From Octopus sinensis (taxonomy: Eukaryota), in the NCBI RefSeq assembly GCF_006345805.1, contig NC_043001.1:49538001-49602000 (forward strand): a stretch of DNA of 64,000 nucleotides. The letters are read 5' to 3'. Position 1 is the stretch's first letter, and each line of letters starts with the position of its first letter. Shown piece after piece: positions 51,896-64,000 of the stretch. The notes beneath the pieces are model-generated. The model ran no database searches. It saw nothing but the letters and a program-made list of their open reading frames with translations, and was not told the DNA's origin. The position numbers and the translations under genes are program-made.

Positions 51896-51900
51896 GCATA
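51379..51900. repeat. Compound tetranucleotide microsatellite (tagt/tggt/cggt/ctgt/cagt/tagt) followed by (gata)n
   Basis: Direct reading. Confidence 0.95.
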
Positions 51901-52189
51901 AGATAGATTAAACTAGATTACATTACCCACCTGCGTCTTGGATTAACAGTCCTGCATGGTGGAACACCTCATCTTTCCTTTTAGATAAAGTAGGAACCGT
52001 TATGATATACAAGCGACATCTTTGCGGTCAATATTATTCTAGTATCAAGATCACAAATTGTGGTCAAATTTGTCCCAAATTCCAGAGCTTTCAGGAGAAA
52101 AGATTTGGGAATAGATGTATAGAAGTCCAGAATGTTGAATAGGGTGAATCTACAGAGTGGTTAGTTTCAAAATTATGGAACCCCCACGA

Positions 52190-52800
52190 TTCGGTGAGCT
52201 GGCATAATCGTTAGCACGCTAGCCAAAATGCTTAGCAGTATTTCGTCTGCCGCTACGTTCTGAGTTCAAATTCCGCCGAGGTCGACTTTGCCTTTCATCC
52301 TTTCGGGGTCGATTAAATAAGAACCAGTTACGCACTGGGATCGATATAATCGACTTAATCCGTTTGTCTGTCCTTGTTTGTCTTCTCTGTGTTTAGCCCC
52401 TTGTGGGTAGTAAAGAAATAGGTATTTCGTCCGTCTTTGCCTTTCTGAGTTCATATTCTGCCGTGGTCTGCTTTGCCTTTCATCCTTTTGGGGTCTATAA
52501 AATAAGTACCAATTGAACACTGGGATCGATGTTATCGATTTACCCTCTTCCTCAAAATTGATGATCTTATGCCAAAATTTGAAATCAATATTATGAAACC
52601 ACTGTAGGCGGCAAGATGGTAGATCGTTAGCAATCCGGACAAATGCTTAGCGACATTTCATCCGTCTTTACTTTCTGAGTTCAAATTTACCTTTCATCCT
52701 TTCGGGATTGATAAAATGAATACCAGTTGAGCACTGAGGTTGATGTAATTGATTTACTTCCTTCGTCGAAATTGCTGCCCTTATGCCAAAATGTAAAATT
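52190..52800 (+). mobile_element. Family B SINEs (dimeric copy plus a second copy)
   Basis: Same head, core and tails as the other family B copies. Confidence 0.85.
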
Positions 52801-53211
52801 AATATGGAACTACTCAAGAACGGTTCCACCGTACTTGTAACCTAGTATTTTTAATTCTAAGAATAATTACACCGAAAATGCACTTGTTGGCTAATCCTAA
52901 TTGAAATTTACATAGGGTGTTCCCCCTGCAGTTAGGATGGAAAAGGAAGTTGGTATTGTAAAAACAAAGATTAATGTAAATTTGATTGGTTGGTATTTTG
53001 GTATTTTTTGTTGGCAGGCAAGTTCTTTCACTTCTTTTTTGAAAGCGCTACAAAAATATTAAAAAAATATCCTATTGATTGTATGGATATTTTTATATAT
53101 TTTGGTAATATTCATCCATATTTTATATTTTATGTTTTATTTCGTTTGCAAATACACGCATACACATTATATATATATATATATGTATATGTATATGTAT
53201 ATGTATATATA

Positions 53212-53287
<76 letters not shown>

Positions 53288-53454
53288 GTGTGTGTGTGTG
53301 CGTGAGAGAGAGAGAGAAACCGCTCGAAAATGGAATTTTATCCTCTAAATGAACAGTTTGTGAAGATATTTCCAGCTTTAATAAAAGAATATTACTCTAC
53401 GTTCGGTAGTCGAGTACTATTTCTACCACCTTGTTTTGCATTTATATGCTTACT

Positions 53455-53506
<52 letters not shown>

Positions 53507-54117
53507 AGATATCTGTACATATGCATAGGCATATATATATATATACATGTATATGTGTGTTTGTGTGTGTATATGTGTGTATGTGTGTGTGCGTGCGTAT
53601 GTATATACGTATGACGCAGGCGCGGTTGTGTGATAAGTTTTGCTTTCCAATCACATGGTTCCGTGTCTACTATTATAGTCCTGGGCCGACTTTAGCGTTT
53701 TGAGTGGATTATATAGACGGAAACTGAAAGAAGTCCGTGTGTCTTTGTGCTGATGTTTGTCCCCTCACCACCGTTTGACAACCGCTGTTAGTGTGTTTAC
53801 ATCCCTGTAACTTATCGGTTCGACATAAGAAACCGATAAATAAATTCCACGTTTTAAGAAAATAGTACTAGGGTCGATTCGTTCGATGAAAACCCTTCAA
53901 GGCGGTTCCCCAGCATGGCCGTAGTCATATATACAGAAATGCACACACATACACACACAAACACATACACACACAAGCACACACTCATAACACTCATACA
54001 CGCACACACTCATAACACTCATATACATACATAATACGTACATACATAGATACATACATGCATACATACATACATACATACATACATACATACATACATA
54101 CATACATACATACATAC

Positions 54118-55650
54118 ATGTCAGATTCTAATACTCCAAGATACGTATAACTCTCTCCTCCTTTCAATGGTTCTAACTCTTTTATTACATTCTGCTGGTC
54201 AAGGTTAACGTTAGATGTGTCAGTCATTTTTTCTTTGATAAAGGTAGCTTTTGCACATTTACCAAGGCCAAATTGCATCCTGATGTCATCACTGAATTGT
54301 TTAACAATAGCTAGAAAGTTGGTCATTGAGTTGTTGGTCATTTTTTTGCAAAGAGCTTGAAATCATCCATGTAAATGAGATGATTTATATTTTTATCAAA
54401 CAATTTATAACCGTACTGTGCATCATGGAACAAATTTGAGAGAGGTATTAAGGTTAGACAAAAGAGGAGGAGTGATAGCGTGTCACCCTGGAAAATGCCA
54501 CATGAAATTCTTACATCTCCAGCATTTAGAGATTCTTTGTCACTGATCACATACTTACAGACAAAAGGTTTCGCAGAGTAGGAGCTATTTTATACATTTC
54601 CAGACATTTCTTAATCCAGCTATGTGGTAGGCTATCAAAAGCTTTTTTATAGTCTATCCAGTCTATCGACAAGTTTTTATGTCGTTTGTCACAATCTTCT
54701 AAAGATCATCTTATTGACGAGTAGCTGAACTTTACAACCATTAGATCCACGTTTGCATCATTTTTGCTCATTAGGGAATATGCTACTTCCTATTTAAAAA
54801 CTATAGGTATATTCAGTCAGGACAGATGTTAGCGTTTTGTACATTGTTGTTAAGCAGGTTATAGGTCGATAATTTGTTTGGTTCATTTGTTTCTTCATTT
54901 TTTGGAAGTAGGAATGTTAAACCATTAACTAGGCAAGAGGGAATCATACTAGGTTGTTGCAAAACATCGTTGTAAAGTTTTGTTAACAGTTCATGGCTCT
55001 CTGAGAAGTCATTCAACCGGAAGTTAAGAATTTTATCCTTTCCTGGAAACTTCCATTTACTTGACCTCCTGAGAGCAGATCTTATATCTTCTACCTTGAT
55101 ACCCTCCCACTTTTGCTCCTCTAAGGAGTCAAGTCTGTAGATATTCTATCAATCCAAGGGGCGTTTTCGTTGTGTGTTTTTTCTTCTGCCTAAATTTTAT
55201 TCTAAAATTCCTGCACTTCTTCTTTTGATGGAACAGACATGACTGTAACTAGTATTTTCCATATCTTCCTGTAACAATTTTTGGGGTTATTTTTGAAAAT
55301 GTTGTTGTCCTTGAAGAATCTAATGCGCTTTTCATACCTTGCTATGCAGGCAACTTTAGCACATACCTTTTGCTTAACGGTTTCTAAGGTGGTATCAATG
55401 TCAAATATGGTTTTCATATTATATTTTTTTCTTTAATTTTCGGGTTTTTGTAGGTTTGAGAGTCTTGTCAAACTTAAGGTTTGTAAAAACATTCTATGTC
55501 AGACCTAAGTAGCTTAACTTGGTGTTGAATACGCTCTTGCCAAGAAGGCTTTTTGTGGGAATGTTGTCGTTTTCTAATCTTTTCACCACATAAAATGGTT
55601 GAGATTTTCGCGGTTGCATAGTACAGGTGGTTGAGATCTGTAACATCGAC
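54118..55650 (-). mobile_element. Decayed R4/Dong-clade non-LTR retrotransposon RT fragment
   Basis: KPSWQERI, RYEKRIRFFKDNNIFKNNPK, WKFPGKD, LTFLLPK, DYKKAFDSLPHSWI, GIFQGDTLSLLLFCL, HLIYMDDFKLFAK, MQFGLGKC, YTYLGVLE. Confidence 0.9.
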
Positions 55651-55668
55651 ATTATTATTATCATTATG

Positions 55669-55766
<98 letters not shown>

Positions 55767-55789
55767 CATTATTATTATTATTATTAACA

Positions 55790-56160
55790 CGGTAAGCTGG
55801 AAGAATCGTTAGCATACCGGGCGAAATGCTTAGCGGTATTTCATCTGCCGCTGCGTTCTGAGTTCAAATTCCGCCGAGGTCAACTTTGCCTTTCATCCTT
55901 TCGGCGTCGATTAAATAAGTACCTGTTACGCAAGGGGGTCGATATAATCGACTTAATCCGTTTGTCTGTCCTTGTTTGTCTTTTCTGTGTGTAGCCCCTT
56001 GTGGGTAGTAAAGAAATAGGTAGTTCATCCGTCTTAACATCCTGAATTCAAATTCCTTTCAGGGTCGGAAAATTAAGTACCAGTGAAACACTGAGGTCGA
56101 TGCAACAGGATTACCCCGGCCCCTAAAATTTCAGGCCTTGTACCTTTAGTAGGATTATTA
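55790..56160 (+). mobile_element. Family B SINE, dimeric form
   Basis: Follows (ATT)n; same architecture as 36558-36950. Confidence 0.85.
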
Positions 56161-56604
56161 TTAATTATATTGTTTATATTGAATACTTACCATTGTTTTT
56201 GTACATACATACATACATACATACATACATACATACATACATACATACATACATACATGAATATGGGCAAGTTTCTTCTATAGCCTCGAGGCGATCAAAG
56301 CTTTGTAGAATACACACGCATACACACACACATACACACACACTGACACACACACACATATGTAATCATGTATTACTGGCACGTAAACACATCAACACTG
56401 CTTGATAACCGGTGTTGGTGTGTTTACGTGCCCGTAACTTGGCACTTCGACAAAAGAGTCCGATAGAATAAGTACTAGGCTTACAAAGAATAAGTCCTGG
56501 GGTCGATTTGTTCGACTAAAGACGGTGCTCCAGCATGGCCGCAGTCAAATGACTGAAACATACGAACATCGGTTATCAAGCGATGGCGGGACGGGGAACA
56601 AACA

Positions 56605-56686
<82 letters not shown>

Positions 56687-56856
56687 ATATATACGACAGG
56701 TTTCTTTCAGTTTCCGTCTGCCAAATCCACTCACAAGGCTTTGGTCGGCCCGAGGGTACAGTAGAAAACACTTGCCTAAGGTGCTTTGCATTGGGATTGA
56801 ACCCGGAACCATGTGGTTATTAAGCAATTTTCTTACCACACAGCCACTCCTGCGCC

Positions 56857-56926
<70 letters not shown>

Positions 56927-58048
56927 GTATATATGTATATATATATATATATATAATATATATATATATATGTATATATATACACACATATATATATATG
57001 TGTGTCTGAGTGGGTGGGTGGATGCATGTTTGTATGTATGTGTGTATGGATGGATGGATGGATGGATGGGTGTGTGTATGCATGTATGTATGTGTGTGCA
57101 TGTATCCATGTGTATTTTAAAGTGTATATATAAGCATAGCGTTTGCGCTAGCACACATGCTCTATCCGCATAGAAATATCTACAGGAGATGAAAGACATA
57201 TGTATGAAAACAAGCTGTGACAAACCTTCATACTTGTGTTTTAAAATAGTCTATAGTTTAAAAACTACGAACAAGAACATTTATAAATATAACAGAAAAA
57301 TATATGATTTTGTATAATACATGAAAGAAAGGTTGTTTCTCCCTTCCTCTTTTTTTATAAAAAAAAATCTTTAAAAATCCTTAACAGTAAGTATTTGTAT
57401 TTCATCAAGCTGTCCATATTTCCTTTCCTGAGTAAATGGGCGTGCGTATGAGTGTGTATGCTTGTATGTGTATACACACACACACACACACACACACACC
57501 ACACACACACACACCCTAACATGTGTTTATATCTGTACACGCATCTATCGATCTATCGATCTCTATATGTATGTGTGTGTTTTTGTATTCTTTGAACAGC
57601 GGCACCCAAGTTGGGATACCGCCCTGAAGGGTTCAGTTGAAAAAAATTACCTCAGTACTTATTTGTTTTAAGCCTGGAACTCATTCTATGTTTCTTTTGC
57701 CGAATAGCTAAGTTACAGGGGCGTTGACAAACTTAAATCGGTCGTCAAGCAGCGATGAAGGAAACACACACACAGAAACACACACATTTATACACACACA
57801 CATACAAACATATGACGGGCATTTTTTTTTTTTCATTTCCGTCAAGCAATTTCACTCGGTTTTGATCGGCCCAAGGATATAGTAGAAGGCACTTGCCCAC
57901 ATTGTAGGACTGAACCCGGAACCATGTCGTCGAGAAGCTAAGTTCTTACCACACACTTACAAATATTTGGATAATACATGCATATATTTTAAACATATGT
58001 ACATTTTTACCACAGTAACTACAGTATATTTAAATCAAACTGTTTCGA

Positions 58049-58179
<131 letters not shown>

Positions 58180-58215
58180 AAGTGAGAGAGGCAGGTACGC
58201 AGATAGATAAATGGT

Positions 58216-58282
<67 letters not shown>

Positions 58283-58283
58283 C

Positions 58284-59505
58284 TTTCTTTATTGGCCACA
58301 CAGGGCTGAACATAGAGGGGACAACATAGGGGAGTTATTCTTTTCGAGGGGGGCGAAAACAAAGTAAAAAAAAACAAAATTAGGGACAACGATCAAAAGG
58401 GATCGAAATCGTTTGGGATATACACAAAAAAAAATCGAAATAGTACAAAAAGTTCCCAAGAAATGGTGAGGTTTATCCGTGGAAAGAAAAACCTACGAAA
58501 AGACCACGGTAACCTCGGGCAATAATATCACATATTAACACATTTAAGTAACTCCCTGTTTTAAATTTTTTCCGGTTCATAGGATCATGCTCAAGGTGGC
58601 TTCGTCATTCATACGTGCCATCCTTGCTACATTCACCCATCTTTTTTTGAAACATTTGGTTTACAAAACTTGCCTCTCTACTCTCACCTGCCTTTTCAAG
58701 TGATACTTGAAAAAGTTGACAAGAGATTGATCAGAGAGGAAAATGTTTGTCTCTAAGCCTTTCAGACGCGTCCACCAGATACATTCTTTCGCCATAGTGA
58801 AATATGATGAAAATAGCTCTTCCATCCCGTAGACGTTAGAAGTTTGTGATCCGTGTAGCTGACTGTGTGGAATGGTGGACACCTTATCTACTGTCCTACA
58901 CAGTATCCTATCGAGATTCGATCTCAATAGCCCAATCCGGTTGCCCCATGTCCACGTCGGCGCATTTGAGTGGTCGCGTCGGTACCTGTCAGACAATTGA
59001 AAGCGTCTGAGCAGGTCTCTCGGACATTTGCATCCCCGTCTGTTTCTGTCTCTCCCCACGTAGTCTAGATGCGTGTCCAACGTAGCATTCCAATCCCCCA
59101 CTAAAAGTAAAGGACAAGACGTTCCTAGGAATACTTCTAGACGTCGAAAGAAATCCAGCCGACTTGTTAAAGGCGGTGCATAGACTGCTAGGAGCCGAAA
59201 AGCTCACCCATCGCTGCCGTCGACATCCAGGACAACCAGTCAACCCTCCGGGTCTACGAATTTCGTCTTGACTTCAAGATTCAGACCCTTGCGAAAAAGT
59301 ACCACAGTGTCACTACTGCCCATCTTCGGCAGATATGGAGAAAAATAAATGTTAAACTGTCCGCCAAACATAGACTTTAGGGCCCGTGGTTCACACAGTC
59401 TGGTCTCACTTATGGCTATTCCCAAATCGTGTGACTTTATGTCATTTAAGAGGTACCCTTGATTCCAAGGGGACCCCAAGCCACGCGCATTCACCCATCC
59501 ATGCA
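58284..59505 (-). mobile_element. Internally deleted L1/Tx1-clade LINE (APE domain joined to ORF2 C-terminus and 3' UTR)
   Basis: VNARGL..SETRL, MGDWNATLD, DRYR..TWTW..SNLDRIL (APE), joined in frame to MAKECIWWTR..FFKYHLKRQVRVER (C-terminus), then a U-rich 3' UTR ending at aataaagaaagtt(atct)n. Confidence 0.8.
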
Positions 59506-59506
59506 T

Positions 59507-61730
59507 TTTATAAGGAGCTTAGAAGAAGTATTCTATCAGTCCATTTGAATGAGAAGTTGGTTGTGCTTGGTGACTTTAATGCTCGTGTTGGTAGAGATTA
59601 TTGTGCTTGGAATGTACTTGGGTATTACAGAATAGAAAAGGTGAACAACAATGAGTTGCTCCTCCTACAAGTGTGCTCTGAACTAGGGCTGGTCGTTGGA
59701 AATACTTTCTTTCATCATAAGATGAAACATAAAGTTACCTGGATTCACCCAAGATCAAAGCAAGGTCACATGATTGACTTTGTATTAACTCGGAAAGCTG
59801 ACTTACAAGATTTGAGCAGTCTCAGAGTATCGTGAGGTGCTGATTGGGATACTGATCACAAAATGGTTAGGGCCAAGTTCAAGTTCAGTGTCCGTAAGCA
59901 GATTCGTAGTGCAGGTGTACGAGTACCAAAGAAAAACAACCACAAGTTCTGCAGTTGTTTCAGAAGAGATGCAAAAATGTTCATTTTGAAGGTTCATAGC
60001 AATCTTTCCTGGATGGAATACATAAAATGGGATCAGAGGTGTTAGGTTTTAAGAGGAGACAACACTGAGACTGGTTTGATTCCAATGATACAGTGATAAA
60101 TGAGCTTTTAGCAACAAAGAGGTCCACTCATGAAAAGCTTCTTGACCCAAAAGAACAAAGTGCAACTAGAAACGTTGTACAAGTCTCAGAAAGAAGACCT
60201 TCAAAGAGAACTTGGGTGGTTTAAAGACACTTGGTGGAGAAACTTGTCTGAGAAAGTACAGGCTGCTGTGACAGGAAAGGCATTAAAAGTTTCTATAATT
60301 TATTTCGGCAAGCTTTTAGATGGCAATCTTCATCATCATATGTTCCCTTGAAGTCGAAAGATGGAAATGAGGTTATTAAAGATCCTCCTGGAATAATGAA
60401 TAGATGGGGAGAACATTTTGCAGATCTTTTCCACAATCCGTCTGTAGTGAACATGGACATCATAAACAACATTCCGCAAAGAGTGATATTGAAACACATG
60501 AACGATACACAGGTTCAAGAGAAATTCTGATAGGAACAAACGCCACTATACCAGGTTTTCATAGATTTAACTAAGGCATTTGACACGGTAAACAGGGAGG
60601 CACTATGGATTGTTTTGTGTAAACTTGGTTTCCCAACACATTTTGTTAGCACCTTTAAGGAACTACACAGAAACATGAAAGATCAGGTAGTCATTAATTG
60701 TGAGCTTTCTCATGAATTTTCGGTGGACAACGATGTCAAACAGGAAGATATTCCTACCCCTACACTTTTCTCTATTTATTTTACTGAATTGTTTTGATAT
60801 GCTTTCAAGGATTGTAACAGAAGAATCGGTATCAGATTTCGGACATCTGGTCGTATTTTCAATTTGACCCGGTTTAACTGCAAAGCAAAGACTTTCAAAA
60901 TACTTGTTAGAGAATTACTTTACAAAGATGATGCTGATTTGTTAGCACATTCAGATGGAGATGTGTAACATTCAATGGACAGATTTCCCACTAAATGTGT
61001 GCATTTCGGACTCACAATTAGTTTGGGAAAAACCAAAGTAATGTTTACTCCTGTGCCAGGACAAACATAATCTGAATCAAACATTTTTGTGAATGGAACA
61101 AGGTTAGAAGTCGTTGACACGTTTGTTTACCTAGGAAGCACACTGTCAAGAGATGGTAGTCTTGATGCAGATATATACAATCGAATAAAGAAGGGAAGTG
61201 TTGTATTTGAAAGCTCGAAAAGCGAGTATGTACGGATAGAGGTATTTCCCTGCAGATAAAAATCAGTGTCCAAAAAGCGTGTGTATTGTCTGCACTTCTC
61301 TATTCAAGAGAGACATGGACCGCTTACAAGCGTCATATAAAAATGCCTGAGAGAGTTCATCAAAAGCACCTCAGACGTATCTTAGGAGTCAAGCGTGAAT
61401 GTTTCATACCAGATACAGAGGTTTTGCGCATCGCACGTTGCAGTTCAGTTGAACAACATGTTATCTTGGCTCAAATCTGATGGACTGGACATGTTATTAG
61501 AATGAAAGAGCGTTTGCCAAAGCGTCTTTTTTATGGTGAACTCTAGTAAGATTCTAAAGGGCAAAAATATAGAAGAAACTTGAATATCTGTGACTTGCGT
61601 TTTAAACCCTGTAAGTCAGCAGCTGGTCTTAAAAGTCATCTAAGAGCTCATCAACGGAGTGATTGTGCTGTGTGATGGGATGTGGTGTGTGGACTGATGG
61701 GATGGCTATCATCTGTCAAGATGAAGCAAT
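59507..61730 (+). mobile_element. Decayed RTE-clade LINE, 5'-truncated
   Basis: VLGDFNARVG, NTFF..KVTWIHPRSKQGHMIDFVL (APE); FIDLTKAFDTVNR, DDADL, FVYLGS (RT); WTGHVIRM..RLPKRLFYGEL; RTE 3' end then (ATAC)n. Confidence 0.92.
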
Positions 61731-61779
61731 CATTATATACATACATACATACATACATACATACATACATACATACATA

Positions 61780-62185
61780 CGTATGTTTTATTCTTTTACA
61801 TGTTTCAGTCATTTAACTGCGGCAATGCTGGAGCATCAACCTTAAAGGGTTTTAGTCGAAGAAATGGACCCCAGGACTTATTCTTTCTAAGTCTAGTACT
61901 AAGTCTATCAGTTCCTTGTGCCGAACTGCTAAGTTACGGGGACGTAAACACACCAACATCGGTTCGGTTCTCAAGCGATGGTGGGGGGGGCAAATACAGA
62001 CACAAATATATATACACATATATACGACAGGCTTCTTTCAGCTTCCGTCTATTAAATCCACTCACAAGGATTTGGTAGGCCTGAGAATATAGTAGAAGCC
62101 ACTTGCCCAAAGTACCATGCAGAGAGGCTGGACCCCGAACCATGTGGTTGGAAAGCAAGCTTCTTACCACACAGCCATGCCTGCC
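61780..62185 (-). mobile_element. Family A SINE, full-length
   Basis: Reverse complement of the 10191-10593 architecture. Confidence 0.85.
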
Positions 62186-62652
62186 CCTTTATATATATAC
62201 ATATGTATATATATATATAATCTACTTACTCATATCAATTTATAATGACTCTCTACCTGCCAAGGACAAATATTGTTTGTCAAGAGACTTAACCTAGCTT
62301 TCTGAAAGCCCTAGCGATTATTTTCTCATATATTTACTTATACTCCTGATTACCGGTTTTACTGCAGCAGTCACTATTGTCGCAACGTTATAAATGAAGA
62401 CGTGATAAATTGTTTGTCCAAACATGGTTAAGTTTAACCTCAGCCATTAAACTTACGTTGTTGTAAAGATTCAATTTATTCTGGAAAAACTACTAAAAGC
62501 TCTTAGAAAAAATCGAATCTTTTTACTTGTGTTATTTCATCGAAACGATTTGTACGTAAGTATGTACATACGTACGTACGTACGTACGTATGTATGTATG
62601 TATGTATGTATGTATGTATGTATGTATGTATGTATGTATGTATGTATGTATG

Positions 62653-63201
62653 TTTATGTCAGGTCACTTTCGTGTGCTACTGGTAACATGTAACCCAGTA
62701 CAACCTGTTGAATGGTCGGGTCGTCGGCGAGTAAACCGGCAACCCCACCAAGTTTGCTTGGTGAGGAGGGTGTTTATTGGACACCCTGCGGGATGAAAAA
62801 CGAAACCCGTCAAAGGGCGGAGGAACTCTTGAGAGTCAACGGCCATCCATAAATGTCTTAACGCTGTATCATGCGTGGGGACATAGAAATAATCGGTCTG
62901 AATACCCGATCGCGCGGTTAAACCATTGGGAGTGAAGGACTCCTAGCCTTTGTTAGGGCATCCTTCTAGGAGAGGTAACTCAGGTAACTGGGATGACTCC
63001 GACATAAAACCTGCGGCTCAGTGGTTACCGATGATGTTGACTTGTTCTTGTTTTCGGATTATGGCTGCTGTTGCTTAGTGAGTGGGATTGACTCAGTCTT
63101 TCCTCACTTTAAAAAAAATCTTCTTGCACAGGCATTGCACGATAACAACATTGATTAACCTTCGTGCAATGGCCATACTCGATAACGAGGGCGCAGCCTC
63201 C
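62653..63201 (+). mobile_element. Non-coding bipartite RTE-derived element, unit 1
   Basis: 5' part has an RTE 5'-UTR-like block (tctaggagaggtaactc...taaaacct). The 3' end atggccatactcg-ataa-cgagggcgcagcc parallels RTE 3' hairpin ends. (ATGT)n tail. Confidence 0.6.
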
Positions 63202-63340
63202 ATGTATGTATGTATGTATGTATGTATGTATTATGTATGTATGTATGTATGTATGTATGTATGTATGTATGTATGCATGCATGCATGCATGCATGCATGT
63301 ATGTATGTATGTAATGTATGTATGTATGTATGTATGTATG

Positions 63341-63890
63341 TTTATGTCAGGTCACTTTCGTGTGCTACTGGTAACATGTAACCCAGTACAACCTGTTGAA
63401 TGGTCGGGTCGTCGGCGAGTAAACCGGCAACCCCACCAAGTTTGCTTGGTGAGGAGGGTGTTTATTGGACACCCTGCGGGATGAAAAACGAAACCCGTCA
63501 AAGGGCGGAGGAACTCTTGAGAGTCAACGGCCATCCAATAAATGTCTTAACGCTGTATCATGCGTGGGGACATAGAAATAATCGGTCTGAATACCCGATC
63601 GCGCGGTTAAACCATTGGGAGTGAAGGACTCCTAGCCTTTGTTAGGGCATCCTTCTAGGAGAGGTAACTCAGGTAACTGGGATGACTCCGACATAAAACC
63701 TGCGGCTCAGTGGTTACCGATGATGTTGACTTGTTCTTGTTTTCGGATTATGGCTGCTGTTGCTTAGTGAGTGGGATTGACTCAGTCTTTCCTCACTTTA
63801 AAAAAAATCTTCTTGCACAGGCATTGCACGATAACAACATTGATTAACCTTCGTGCAATGGCCATACTCGATAACGAGGGCGCAGCCTCC
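63341..63890 (+). mobile_element. Non-coding bipartite RTE-derived element, unit 2 (tandem copy)
   Basis: Identical to unit 1 by eye except for one extra A; period about 688 bp. Confidence 0.6.
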
Positions 63891-64000
63891 ATGTATGTAT
63901 GTATGTATGTATGTATGTATGTATGTATGTATGTATGTATGTATGTATGTATGTATGTATGTATGCATGCATGCATGCATGCATGCATGTATGTATGTAT

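Noticed and set aside
51985-52142. Possible terminal exon after a ctttccttttag acceptor (51 codons, Cys-containing)
   Set aside because: The frame is short enough to arise by chance, with no recognisable homology.
62785-62820. Hammerhead-like ...ggatgaaaaacgaaacccgtc in the tandem RTE-derived unit
   Set aside because: It lacks CUGANGA, and the sequence is better explained as a simple gcggg/cccgt hairpin.
62653-63890. CRISPR-like or other prokaryotic array or contamination
   Set aside because: There is no repeat-spacer periodicity or operon-like gene density anywhere in the window; all tandem structure is microsatellite or retroelement derived.

Overview
This is repeat-saturated, AT-rich eukaryotic DNA, most likely from an octopus. 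That assignment is an inference from the S-crystallin-type exon and the SINE families. The only recognisable host coding sequence is the first coding exon of an S-crystallin/sigma-GST gene (503-371, minus strand); the rest of the gene runs off the window start. The remainder is microsatellite, four tRNA-derived SINE families, decayed LINEs (L1/Tx1, RTE, R4), DNA transposons (hAT, mariner, Tc1, MITEs, a Helitron) and at least three Penelope-like elements (PLEs). The standout is a young Neptune-like PLE (about 30830-35778; RT plus C-terminal GIY-YIG) inserted in (TA)n. Its sense 3' pseudo-LTR carries a complete type I hammerhead ribozyme with an unusually long stem II. Its inverted 5' pseudo-LTR copy has lost the ribozyme's CUGAUGA core through a 22-bp deletion. 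Other notable observations: a second, degenerate minimal hammerhead behind another PLE; a SINE 3' tail shared with an internally deleted L1/Tx1 LINE; a head-to-tail dimer of a bipartite RTE-derived element; and a Thr-rich ORF one frameshift away from fusing to the S-crystallin ATG. Most ORF-track entries are microsatellite artefacts. Everything was read by eye, with no searches or folding run, so boundaries of decayed elements are approximate.
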